The notes below the pieces were generated by a model. It was given only the letters and a program-made list of their open reading frames with translations, did no database searches and was not told the DNA's origin. The position numbers and the translations under genes are program-made. Shown piece after piece: positions 38,441-47,571 of a stretch of 64,000 nucleotides of DNA; within the stretch, counting starts at the first letter, position 1, and each line of letters begins with the position of its first letter. The stretch lies in NCBI GenBank assembly GCA_946497695.1, contig CAMMLJ010000007.1, positions 3,043 to 67,042 on the forward strand. The letters run 5' to 3'. The DNA comes from an uncultured Clostridium sp. (GTDB lineage: Bacteria > Bacillota > Clostridia > TANB77 > CAG-508).

Positions 38441-39910
38441 CTATTTTTTGAATTCTGGTTTGTATTTTTCACTAAATTTAACTTTTTGCTCAAAAGTATA
38501 TGCAGCATTTAATAATGTTTCTTCTTCAAATCTATTTCCTATTAGTTGCATTCCTACTGGCATTCCTTCTTTATCTACACCACATGGGATAGATATTCCT
38601 GGAAGTCCTGCAATATTTACAGATACTGTACAAATATCTGCTAAATACATTGCAAGTGGATCATTAATTTTTGAACCAATGTCAAATGCTACTGTTGGTG
38701 ATGTTGGTATTAAAATAACATCATAATTATCAAACACTTTTTTGAACTCATTCATTACTAATGTACGAACTTGTTGTGCTTTTTTATAATATGCATCATA
38801 ATATCCTGAACTTAATACATATGTTCCTAATATTATTCTTCTTTTTACTTCTGGTCCGAAACCTTCGGTTCTTGAATTTGTAATTAATTCTTTTACATTA
38901 CTATATTCTTTTGCTCTATGACCATATCTAACTCCATCAAATCTACCTAAATTTGAGCTAGCTTCTGCACAGGCGATTATATAGTATGAAGCTAAAGCAT
39001 ATTCTGCTATATCTAAAGATACTTCTGAAACTTCTGCTCCTAGTTCTTTATATGTTTCTATAGCTTTTTCTAAATTTTCCTTAACTTCTGCATTTATTCC
39101 TTCTCCAAAGAATTCTTTTGGAACTGCTATTTTTAATCCTTTAACATCATTTTTTAGAGCTTGCACATAATCTACTTTTGGTCTTTCTACAGATGTTGTA
39201 TCCATATTGTCTTTTCCTGCAATTATATTTAAAAGCATTGCTGAATCTGTTACATCTTTTGTTATAGGTCCAACTTGATCTAGTGATGAAGCGAATGCTA
39301 CAACACCATATCTTGAAACTAATCCATATGTTGGTTTTAATCCAACAACACCACAAAAAGCTGCAGGTTCTCTTATAGAACCACCTGTATCTGTTCCTAA
39401 TGCCCATGGAACCATTCCTGCTGCTACTGCTGCAGCTGATCCTCCAGAAGATCCACCAGGTACTTTATTTAAATTCCATGGATTTCTTGTAACATGAAAA
39501 TATGAATGTTCTGTTGAACCACCCATTGCAAACTCATCCATATTTAATTTTCCTAAATTTACAAGTTCTTTATCATTTATTTTTTCCATAACTGTTGCAT
39601 CATATGGTGCAATAAAATCTTCTAACATTTTTGAAGAACATGTTGTTTTTACACCTTTTGTACAAATATTATCTTTTATTCCTATTGGAATACCTGATAA
39701 TTCTGATTTTGCTTCTCCGCTCTCAATTTTTTTATCCATTTCTTTTGCTTTTTCTAACGCATCAGCTTCTAATGTCGTAACAAAAGCTTGTACATCTTTT
39801 TCTTTTTCTGCAATTCTATCTGTATATGCTTTTGTAATTTCATAACTTGTAAGCTCTTTTTTCTCTAATTTTTCTTTAAGCTCATGTACTGTTAATTCTG
39901 TAATATTCAT
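38441..39910 (-). CDS. gatA: Asp-tRNA(Asn)/Glu-tRNA(Gln) amidotransferase subunit A
   Basis: Amidase signature [14 protein letters not shown]...[16 protein letters not shown]. Confidence 0.97.
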   Translation of the reverse strand: MNITELTVHELKEKLEKKELTSYEITKAYTDRIAEKEKDVQAFVTTLEADALEKAKEMDKKIESGEAKSELSGIPIGIKDNICTKGVKTTCSSKMLEDFIAPYDATVMEKINDKELVNLGKLNMDEFAMGGSTEHSYFHVTRNPWNLNKVPGGSSGGSAAAVAAGMVPWALGTDTGGSIREPAAFCGVVGLKPTYGLVSRYGVVAFASSLDQVGPITKDVTDSAMLLNIIAGKDNMDTTSVERPKVDYVQALKNDVKGLKIAVPKEFFGEGINAEVKENLEKAIETYKELGAEVSEVSLDIAEYALASYYIIACAEASSNLGRFDGVRYGHRAKEYSNVKELITNSRTEGFGPEVKRRIILGTYVLSSGYYDAYYKKAQQVRTLVMNEFKKVFDNYDVILIPTSPTVAFDIGSKINDPLAMYLADICTVSVNIAGLPGISIPCGVDKEGMPVGMQLIGNRFEEETLLNAAYTFEQKVKFSEKYKPEFKK

Positions 39911-39941
39911 GTTTGCCTCCTTTATTATATTTTTGTATCTT

Positions 39942-40514
39942 CTAGATAAGCTCTCTTTCTATATCCTTCCAAGAAAACACTCTCTTTATCTTTTCATCAT
40001 TTAAATTTTTGTTTAGCCTAGAATCCATAAGTAGTGTTCTTACTCCTAAGTTTGAAGCTTCTCTACAATTTTTAAAATTGTCATCAATAAAAATATCTAC
40101 ATTATTTTCTTGTATAATTCTTTTTTTATCTAAATGCCCCATATAGATTTTATGATAATGTATATCGTTTTCTTTTAACCAATCTAATGTTAGTTCTCTA
40201 ATTTTCTGGTTATCAGCCCTAGCTGTTATAATTATAATTTTATTGTTTTTATATAATTTATTTATAACTTTACTTGCTCCATCTTTCATAGTTATATTTT
40301 CCATTGTTAGTTCATAGTTATCTTCCCAAAACTTTGCATCTTCTTCTATGCTCCAACCATATAAATATTTTGCCCACATTGGATCTAATACATTATCTAC
40401 ATTATTTATTTTAAAAGTTTTTTTTAATATTTTTTCTGTATACTCTTTAGCAAATGTATCTATTGAAATATTTGTATTTGCTATTGTATCATCTATATCT
40501 ATTCCTATATTCAT
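39942..40514 (-). CDS. HAD-superfamily 5'(3')-deoxyribonucleotidase-like (NT5C/YorS-like) hydrolase
   Basis: N-terminal DxDxT motif (IGIDIDDTI), IIIITAR, FIDDN. Located between gatC and gatA. Confidence 0.55.
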   Translation of the reverse strand: MNIGIDIDDTIANTNISIDTFAKEYTEKILKKTFKINNVDNVLDPMWAKYLYGWSIEEDAKFWEDNYELTMENITMKDGASKVINKLYKNNKIIIITARADNQKIRELTLDWLKENDIHYHKIYMGHLDKKRIIQENNVDIFIDDNFKNCREASNLGVRTLLMDSRLNKNLNDEKIKRVFSWKDIERELI

Positions 40515-40524
40515 AGCTCTTCCT

Positions 40525-40821
40525 TTAATTTATAACCTTTGGAATTTTAAACATATTTTGTTCTTTTTCAGGCGCGTTTTGAAGTAGCACATCTAAATTT
40601 CCAAATTCTTTTACTTCATCTTTTCTAAATACATTTTTATTTTCATAAGCACCTATTGTAATATCTAAATTACTTACATCTGCATTATTTATTACCTCCG
40701 CAAAATTTAAAATTTCTTGTAAATTTTCTAAATACTTTTCTGTTTCGTCTTCTTTAAGATTTAAATCTGCTAATTTTGCAATGTGTAATAATTCTTCTTT
40801 ACTTACCTTGTTTTCGCTCAT
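40525..40821 (-). CDS. gatC: Asp-tRNA(Asn)/Glu-tRNA(Gln) amidotransferase subunit C
   Basis: VSKEELLHIAKLADLNLKEDE...FRKDEV. Start moved to ATG 40821 (GAGGAG 8 nt upstream). Confidence 0.9.
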   Translation of the reverse strand: MSENKVSKEELLHIAKLADLNLKEDETEKYLENLQEILNFAEVINNADVSNLDITIGAYENKNVFRKDEVKEFGNLDVLLQNAPEKEQNMFKIPKVIN

Positions 40822-40853
40822 AAACTCATCTCCTCGCGTTTTATATGCCATTT

Positions 40854-40883
40854 ATTATATATTCATTTATTTTCAAAAGTCAA
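40854..40883 (-). promoter_or_regulatory. Candidate sigma-A promoter of gatC-HAD-gatA-gatB
   Basis: Minus strand: TTGACT (40883..40878), 18-nt spacer, TATAAT (40859..40854). Confidence 0.4.
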
Positions 40884-40913
40884 GTTTACCATAATATTTT
40901 TTACGTATAAATA

Positions 40914-40942
40914 TTGACAAATTAACAAATACTATGTAAAAT
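40914..40942 (+). promoter_or_regulatory. Candidate sigma-A promoter of the aspS T-box leader
   Basis: TTGACA (40914..40919), 17-nt spacer, TAAAAT (40937..40942). Confidence 0.5.
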
Positions 40943-40949
40943 ATTTTTA

Positions 40950-40980
40950 TAGGGATTTAGGGACGTTCCTAAAATCCCTA
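40950..40980. repeat. Archetypal single unit of the dispersed palindromic repeat
   Basis: TAGGGATTT-AGGGACGTTCCT-AAAATCCCTA. It sits between the putative aspS promoter and T-box Stem I. Confidence 0.85.
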
Positions 40981-40987
40981 TTTTATT

Positions 40988-41206
40988 ATCGAACAATGAC
41001 GAGCTTTTGCAAGTTACTAATAGAGAGTAAGGGTCGATAGGCTGGAAGCCCTTTTAGAAAAACGCAATTGAATAACACATTGTTTTTATTATACAAGTTA
41101 ATAAATTGAGTGGAAAACTATTATAAACCAAGTTTTCAATATAGGGTGGCACCGCGGAAAGTTATTTCGTCCCTATCATATTAAAAAATATGATAGGGAT
41201 TTTTTG
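40988..41206 (+). promoter_or_regulatory. T-box riboswitch leader (tRNA-sensing transcription attenuator) of aspS
   Basis: Stem I base AACAATG (40992..40998) pairs with CATTGTT (41078..41084). AG-bay TAGAGAGTAA. T-box sequence GGGTGGCACCGCG (41144..41156). Terminator CCCTATCATAT-taaaaa-ATATGATAGGG plus ATTTTTT (41171..41205). Confidence 0.85.
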
Positions 41207-41237
41207 ATGCCTATCATTAAGATTTAGGAGGTTTATT

Positions 41238-43004
41238 ATGGAAAAGTACAGAACACACACATGTGGAGACATCACTTTAGAAGATGTTGGAAAAAAAGTT
41301 AAAATTGCAGGATTTGTGCAAACAATTCGTGATTTAGGAGGTCTTGTATTCTTAGATATTCGTGATATGTATGGAATTACACAAGTTGTAACTTCTGCTG
41401 AATCTAATATTGTAGATTTTGCATCACATATCCCTATCGAATCTTCTGTATCTGTGGAAGGTGTAGTTAGAAAAAGAAGTGAAGACACAATAAACGAAAA
41501 AATTAAAACAGGTCTTGTAGAAATTTATATTGATGATATTCAAATTTTAGGAAAAAGAACTGCAGATTTACCATTTGAGGTAAATACAGACCAAGAAGTT
41601 AGAGAAGATTTAAGATTAAAATATCGTTATTTAGATTTAAGAAATGATAAATTAAAATCAAATATTATTTTACGTAGTAAAGTTATCCAATTTTTGAGAG
41701 AAGAAATGATAAAACAAGGATTTTTAGAAGTTCAAACACCAATACTTACAAGTTCTTCTCCAGAAGGTGCACGTGATTATTTAGTACCAAGTAGATTACA
41801 TGAAGGAAGATTTTATGCTCTTCCACAAGCACCACAACAATTTAAACAATTATTAATGGTTTCTGGTTTTGATAAATATTTCCAAATCGCACCTTGTTTT
41901 AGAGATGAAGATGCAAGAGCTGACCGTGCTCCTGGTGAATTTTATCAACTAGATATGGAAATGAGCTATGCTACCCAAGAAGATGTATTTTCTGTTATTG
42001 AACCAGTAATTTATAATACATTTACTAAATTTTCTGATAAGAAAGTAGCAGAATATCCTTTCCCAAGAATAACATATAAAGAAGCTATGCTTAAATATGG
42101 TTCTGATAAACCAGATTTAAGAAACCCATTAGTAATAGTTGATGTTACAGATATTTTTGAAGATGAAAGTGTAACATTAAATGCTTTTAAAGGAAAATTA
42201 GTTAGAACAATAGCTGCACATGATGTAGCAGATCAACCAAGAAGCTTTTTCGAAGGAATGACAGATTATGCAATGAAAGAATGTAAAGCTAAAGGTCTTG
42301 CTTGGCTTCGTGTTTTAGAAGATGGTACATTCCAAGGACCTATTGCTAAATTTATACCAGATAATGCAAGAGAAGAAATGTTAAAAAGAACAGGTTCAAA
42401 ACCTGGTGATTGCCTATTCTTTATTGCAGAAACTCCAAAAATTGTTAATACTTTATCTGGTGAAATTAGAGCAGAGCTTGGAAAACGTTTAGGTTTAATA
42501 GATGAAAATATTTTCAAATTCTGTTGGATTGTTGATTTCCCAATGTATGAATTAGATGAACGTGGAAATATTACATTTAGTCATAACCCATTTTCTATGC
42601 CACAAGGTGGATTAGAAGCTTTAAATACTCAAGATCCATTAGATGTAGTTGCATACCAATATGATATTATTTGTAATGGTATAGAACTTTCTTCTGGAGC
42701 AGTTAGAAATCATGATATTGATATTATGCTTAAAGCTTTTGAAATTGCTGGATATACTAAAGACCAAGTACAGGAAAGATTTGGTGCTTTATATACTGCA
42801 TTCCAATATGGTGCTCCCCCACATGCTGGTGTAGCTCCTGGAATTGATAGAATGATTATGCTTCTTACAGGTGCAGAAAATATTCGTGAAGTTATAGCTT
42901 TCCCATTAAATAGTAAAGCTCAAGATTTAATGATGGGTGCTCCTAGTTATGTTTCTAGAGATCAATTAAGAGATATTCATATTAGAATTGAGAAAAGTAA
43001 ATAA
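41238..43004 (+). CDS. aspS: Aspartyl-tRNA synthetase (bacterial type)
   Basis: 588 aa. Class II motifs FYALPQAPQQFKQLLM, QIAPCFRDEDARADR, GIDRMIMLLTGAENIREVIAFP. AGGAGG RBS. Confidence 0.97.
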   Translation: MEKYRTHTCGDITLEDVGKKVKIAGFVQTIRDLGGLVFLDIRDMYGITQVVTSAESNIVDFASHIPIESSVSVEGVVRKRSEDTINEKIKTGLVEIYIDDIQILGKRTADLPFEVNTDQEVREDLRLKYRYLDLRNDKLKSNIILRSKVIQFLREEMIKQGFLEVQTPILTSSSPEGARDYLVPSRLHEGRFYALPQAPQQFKQLLMVSGFDKYFQIAPCFRDEDARADRAPGEFYQLDMEMSYATQEDVFSVIEPVIYNTFTKFSDKKVAEYPFPRITYKEAMLKYGSDKPDLRNPLVIVDVTDIFEDESVTLNAFKGKLVRTIAAHDVADQPRSFFEGMTDYAMKECKAKGLAWLRVLEDGTFQGPIAKFIPDNAREEMLKRTGSKPGDCLFFIAETPKIVNTLSGEIRAELGKRLGLIDENIFKFCWIVDFPMYELDERGNITFSHNPFSMPQGGLEALNTQDPLDVVAYQYDIICNGIELSSGAVRNHDIDIMLKAFEIAGYTKDQVQERFGALYTAFQYGAPPHAGVAPGIDRMIMLLTGAENIREVIAFPLNSKAQDLMMGAPSYVSRDQLRDIHIRIEKSK

Positions 43005-43022
43005 ACTCTTTTGTACACGTCA

Positions 43023-43066
43023 AAAGCCTAGCAATTCAACACATTGTTAGGCTTTTTCTTTTTTAT
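43023..43066 (+). terminator. Rho-independent terminator of aspS
   Basis: AGCCTAGCAAT-tcaacac-ATTGTTAGGCT followed by TTTTCTTTTTT. Confidence 0.85.
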
Positions 43067-43084
43067 TACATTCTTGAATTAATA

Positions 43085-43115
43085 TAGGGATTTAAGGAAC
43101 GTCCCCATTTCCCTA
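43085..43115. repeat. Single unit of the dispersed palindromic repeat, overlapping the adhE stop codon
   Basis: tagggatttaaggaacgtccccatttcccta. The last three nt (43113..43115, cta) are the adhE TAG stop on the minus strand. Confidence 0.85.
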
Positions 43116-45710
43116 TTTTCCATAATAGCTGTCTAATAGGATTTGTTTTATTTCTTTTACTAATGGTAGTCTTGGATTTGCTGGTGTACATTGATCTTCA
43201 AATGCTCGGTCTGCTAATTCGTCTACACTGTCTAAGAATTCTTTTTCGTCTACTCCTGCTTCTTTAAACGATGCTGGAATATTTATATATTTGTTCATCT
43301 TTCTAATAGCTTCTGCTAATGAATGTACTCCTTCTTCTACTGTATCTGCTTTTAATCCAACCATTTTAGCTATTTGTGCATATTTTTCATCTGCTTTGTA
43401 ATATTCATATTTAGGGAATGATGTAAATTTAGTTGGTTTACTTCCATTATATTCTACAACATATGGTAATAAAATTGCATTAATTCTACCATGTGGTAAA
43501 TGGAATTTTGCTCCTAATTTATGTGCCATAGAGTGACATATTCCTAAAAATGCATTTGAAAATGCCATACCTGCCATTGTACTTGCATTATGCATTCTTT
43601 CTCTTGCATATTTATTATCTCCATGTTTATATGCCTCTTCTAAGTTTTCAAATACTAGTTTTGTTGCTTTTTCAGCTAATGCATCTGTATAATCTGTTGC
43701 CATATTAGATACATATGCTTCTAATGCATGTGTTAAAACATCCATTCCTGTATCTGCTGTTAAAGATTTTGGAAGTGTTGATACAAAATCTGGATCTACT
43801 ATTGCAACATTTGGTGTTAATTCATATGCTGTTAATGGATATTTTTTACCTTGTTCTTTATCTGTTATAACTGCAAATGATGTAACTTCTGAACCTGTTC
43901 CAGATGTTGTAGGAATTGCTACCATTTGGCATTTCTTTCCTAGTTCTGGAATCTCGTATGTACGTTTTCTTATATCCATGAATTTTAATTTTAATCCTTC
44001 TAAGTCTACATCTGGATCTTCATATAATAACCACATTCCTTTTGCAGCATCTATTGCAGAACCTCCACCTAATGCAATAATTACATCTGGTTCAAATTTT
44101 TTCATTGCTTCTACACCTTTTTTAACTGTATCAAATGATGGATCTGGTTCTACATCAAAGAATATTTCAGAATGTACATAATCTTGTCTTTTTCTTAAGT
44201 GATATAATACTTTATCTACATAACCAAATTTAACCATTGATTCATCTGTTACTATAAAGGCTCTAGAAATATCTCTCATATCTTCAAGATATTTTATTGA
44301 TCCTGCTTCAAAATATATTTTCTTTGGAACTTTAAACCATTGCATATTAACTCTCCTTCTTCCCATCTTTTTAACATTTATTAAATTCTTCGCAGATACA
44401 TTATCTGTTGTAGAGTTTCCTCCAAATGTACCACAACCAAGTGTAAGTGATGGTGTAAATGAATTATATATATCACCAATTCCACCTTGTGAAGATGGTT
44501 GATTTACAATGATTCTACTTGCTTTTACTCTTTTTCCATATTCTTTTATTGTTTCTTCGTCTTCTGAATGTATAACTGCAGAATGTCCAAGTCCACCATT
44601 TTCTAATAGTTTTTCTGCTCTTTCTATTCCTTCTTTGTTATTTTTTACAATATAATATGCAAGTACTGGACTTAGTTTTTCTTTAGAGAATGGATATTCT
44701 GGTCCTATTCCTTCTTCGTATACAACTAATACTTTTGTATCTTCTGGTACCTCAAAACCAGCTTGTTTTGCAATACTATATGGACTTTGGCCTGGTATTT
44801 TTGATTGTAATGCATATCCTTTTTCTTTATTAAACATTACTTCTTTTAATTTTTCTTTTTCTTCTGGAGAAACAAAATAACATCCAGCTTTTTTCATTAA
44901 ATCTTCAAATTCTTTGTAAATTGCTTCATCTACTAATACAGATTGTTCTGAAGCACAAATCATTCCATTATCAAAAGATTTAGATAATACTAAATCATTT
45001 ACAGATGTTTTTAATTTTGCTGTTTTATCTATATAACATGGAACATTTCCAGGTCCTACACCTAATGCTGGCTTTCCAGATGAATAAGCAGCTTTAACCA
45101 TTCCTGTTCCACCTGTTGCTAGTATTAAATTAACATCTGGATGATTCATTAATCTATTTGTTGCTTCTACAGATGGTTCTTCTATCCATAAAATACAATC
45201 TTTTGGTGCTCCAGCTTTAATAGCTGCATCTCTTAAATATTCTGCTGATTTTTTACTACATTTTTGTGCTGAAGGATGAAATCCAAATATAATTACATTT
45301 CTTGTTTTTGCAGAAATTATTGATTTAAACATAACTGTTGATGTTGGGTTTGTTACTGGTGTTACCCCAGCAATTATACCAATTGGTTCTGCAATTTTTA
45401 TATAATCATCTTCTTCATTTTCTTCTATTATACCAACTGTTTTTTCATTTTTTATATTATTATATATATAATCTGTTGCAAACATGTTTTTTATAATTTT
45501 ATCTTCGTAAATACCTCTTCCTGTTTCTTCTACTGCAAGTTTTGCAAGTTCCATATGATGTTCTAGTCCTGCCATAGACATAGCTTTTACAATCTTATCT
45601 ACTTGCTCTTGATTTAGTTTCATATACTCTTTTGAAGCTTTTTTAGCTCTTTCAACTAAATCATTAATCATTTTCTCTACTTTATTGCTATCATTTTTTG
45701 TTTCAGCCAT
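43113..45710 (-). CDS. adhE: Bifunctional acetaldehyde-CoA/alcohol dehydrogenase
   Basis: 865 aa. N-terminal ALDH domain (..FDNGMICASEQS..) plus a C-terminal Fe-ADH domain (ALGGGSAIDAAK, GICHSMAHKLGAKFHLPHG). Confidence 0.97.
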   Translation of the reverse strand: MAETKNDSNKVEKMINDLVERAKKASKEYMKLNQEQVDKIVKAMSMAGLEHHMELAKLAVEETGRGIYEDKIIKNMFATDYIYNNIKNEKTVGIIEENEEDDYIKIAEPIGIIAGVTPVTNPTSTVMFKSIISAKTRNVIIFGFHPSAQKCSKKSAEYLRDAAIKAGAPKDCILWIEEPSVEATNRLMNHPDVNLILATGGTGMVKAAYSSGKPALGVGPGNVPCYIDKTAKLKTSVNDLVLSKSFDNGMICASEQSVLVDEAIYKEFEDLMKKAGCYFVSPEEKEKLKEVMFNKEKGYALQSKIPGQSPYSIAKQAGFEVPEDTKVLVVYEEGIGPEYPFSKEKLSPVLAYYIVKNNKEGIERAEKLLENGGLGHSAVIHSEDEETIKEYGKRVKASRIIVNQPSSQGGIGDIYNSFTPSLTLGCGTFGGNSTTDNVSAKNLINVKKMGRRRVNMQWFKVPKKIYFEAGSIKYLEDMRDISRAFIVTDESMVKFGYVDKVLYHLRKRQDYVHSEIFFDVEPDPSFDTVKKGVEAMKKFEPDVIIALGGGSAIDAAKGMWLLYEDPDVDLEGLKLKFMDIRKRTYEIPELGKKCQMVAIPTTSGTGSEVTSFAVITDKEQGKKYPLTAYELTPNVAIVDPDFVSTLPKSLTADTGMDVLTHALEAYVSNMATDYTDALAEKATKLVFENLEEAYKHGDNKYARERMHNASTMAGMAFSNAFLGICHSMAHKLGAKFHLPHGRINAILLPYVVEYNGSKPTKFTSFPKYEYYKADEKYAQIAKMVGLKADTVEEGVHSLAEAIRKMNKYINIPASFKEAGVDEKEFLDSVDELADRAFEDQCTPANPRLPLVKEIKQILLDSYYGK

Positions 45711-45836
45711 AAATATGCCTCCTTAAAATATATTCATACAATTTTAATAATATCCTATTCATATTTTAAAGTCAATAGAAATTATTGTAATTTACTATAT
45801 ATCTTTCTACTTTTTTCGCAACATTTACATAATATT

Positions 45837-45874
45837 AAAAGACAAAAAGAAGCTAGTTTAAAAACTAACTTCTT
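45837..45874 (-). terminator. Rho-independent terminator overlapping the stop of the 314-aa ORF
   Basis: Minus strand: AAGAAGTTAGTT-tttta-AACTAGCTTCTT (one mismatch) followed by TTTGTCTTTT. Confidence 0.6.
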
Positions 45875-46809
45875 GCATCATTATCAGTTTTGGCTTTATA
45901 TTCTGCTATTTTTTTAGCTGCATCCTTACCTGAATCTCTTTGTATCTTTTTTACTTCTCCTTCTCTATATCTTTCTTCTTCTTTTGCTAACAAGTCACCT
46001 ATAATGCTTTTTGCACCTTTTAAACCTATTTTATCCCCTTCTACTGCAACTGCTTCTAAAAACATATCTTTCATTTCTTTTGAAGCTTTACCTGTAGGAG
46101 TTGATGCTTTTATAAACTCCCTTATTCTCATACTATATCCTATATTCTTATAATTGCAAACAACTTTTTTAGCTGCCAATTTTATAAGTTTTAATTGTGT
46201 CTGTTTAACTTGTTTTTTTGTTGAGTCTGGAATATCTCCACTTTTCTTAAAACTAGCAATTCTATCTTGGACAGTTCCAATATATTTAAGTAAAGTAAAA
46301 TCATTAGCATCATTAACTAAACAATATATTTTATCTACAGCATCTGATACATCAGCTATTGAAACTTTATCAGTCTTTACTTTTTGATTTGATATAATAC
46401 GTTCCACAATGTCTACCTCTTGTTTTTTGTCTAATCCTTTAATTATATATATACCATTATCATCTAATAAGGCTGATGTTGAGTCTATTGATTCGATAAT
46501 TTGTCCTTTATCTCTTTTAGTTAATTCATCACTTATTTGAGCTGTAACTTCTAACTGTTTTTCTGGTTCTCCCATAGATTGTATTGCTGTTACTACTGCT
46601 GTTTTCAATTCTTTCTTATTTTCTTTACTACCCTTTTGTATTTTTTTTATTTGAAGCATAATATATTCTTCTAGTTCATCATCACTCATATATTTTAATT
46701 TAGATGCCAAACGTTTTTTGACAGCTTGTTCTTTTTTTTCTTTTAGTTTATAAAATTGTTCATGTATTTTTGCTTTTAAATTATTTCGTATATCTAATAT
46801 TTTTCCCAT
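45865..46809 (-). CDS. Hypothetical K/E-rich protein
   Basis: 314-aa ORF immediately downstream of (and probably co-transcribed with) the M23 peptidase gene. No family recognised. Confidence 0.5.
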   Translation of the reverse strand: MGKILDIRNNLKAKIHEQFYKLKEKKEQAVKKRLASKLKYMSDDELEEYIMLQIKKIQKGSKENKKELKTAVVTAIQSMGEPEKQLEVTAQISDELTKRDKGQIIESIDSTSALLDDNGIYIIKGLDKKQEVDIVERIISNQKVKTDKVSIADVSDAVDKIYCLVNDANDFTLLKYIGTVQDRIASFKKSGDIPDSTKKQVKQTQLKLIKLAAKKVVCNYKNIGYSMRIREFIKASTPTGKASKEMKDMFLEAVAVEGDKIGLKGAKSIIGDLLAKEEERYREGEVKKIQRDSGKDAAKKIAEYKAKTDNDARS

Positions 46810-46824
46810 AATTCACCCCGTATT

Positions 46825-47571
46825 TTAAATATAATTTTGAGGATTTAAAGCTTTCCCATTTTTTCTAATTTCAAAATGTAAATGTGAACCTGTAGAATTA
46901 CCAGTAGAACCAACAGCCGCAATTTTATCTCCTGCAGATACTCTTACACCTGCATTTACATAAAGCTTACTACAATGAGCATACCACATCTCGTAACCAT
47001 TATCACATTCAATTTTTATCATATAACCATATGAGCCCTTATATCCAGAAAATGTAACTTTTCCAGAAGCTGCAGCCTTAATTGCTGTTCCTGTTGGAGC
47101 TGCTAAATCTAAACCTGTATGTGCACTAGAACGTACACTACTTCTTTCTCCAAATCTTGATGTTATCTTTCCGCCAGAAATTGGTCTTACTGCAACAACT
47201 ACTTTATTATTAGTTGTTTTTTGACTACTTGATTTTTCTGTCTTCTTAGATTCCTCAGCTTTTTTGGTTTCTTCCTCAATTTGTGCTACTTTTACGTCTA
47301 TATTTTCAGTTTTTAATTTTGAAACAGCTACAGTTTCTTCTACTGTATCTATTTTTTCTTTCCCAAATATCTGTTTTACTCCAATATTAAGTACTAGTTT
47401 GTCTTTATATTCATTTTGCAAATCTGATACAATCTTATCTGCCTCTTCTTCTGTTCCAACATATGTTTTTATGTCATCATCTATAGTTATTCCATATGCA
47501 GTGTATGTTGTAGAAATATTTTCTTTAATTTTTTCTAGTACTTCTTCATCGTTTGAAGTTTTATTACTCAT
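46825..47571 (-). CDS. M23/LytM-family peptidase (coordinates from the first ATG; the reading frame stays open upstream to 47838)
   Basis: HTGLDLAAPTGTAIKAAASGKV, GYMIKIE, GSTGNSTGSHLHFEI. The 87 in-frame codons upstream encode a TM helix (ITQILTIILLVLFIVIFI) but contain no ATG, GTG or TTG. See findings. Confidence 0.85.
   Translation of the reverse strand: MSNKTSNDEEVLEKIKENISTTYTAYGITIDDDIKTYVGTEEEADKIVSDLQNEYKDKLVLNIGVKQIFGKEKIDTVEETVAVSKLKTENIDVKVAQIEEETKKAEESKKTEKSSSQKTTNNKVVVAVRPISGGKITSRFGERSSVRSSAHTGLDLAAPTGTAIKAAASGKVTFSGYKGSYGYMIKIECDNGYEMWYAHCSKLYVNAGVRVSAGDKIAAVGSTGNSTGSHLHFEIRKNGKALNPQNYI

Noticed and set aside
39147-39407. 86-aa same-strand, out-of-frame ORF inside gatA (also 11766..11954 inside the 152-aa ORF).
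   Set aside because: Both are alternative frames of supported genes, rich in C/W/R as expected for frame artefacts.
41162-41488. 108-aa minus-strand ORF overlapping the T-box terminator and the 5' end of aspS.
   Set aside because: It is antisense to a full-length, motif-rich aspS gene and to a structured leader. The translation is low-complexity with no RBS, so it is an antisense shadow ORF.
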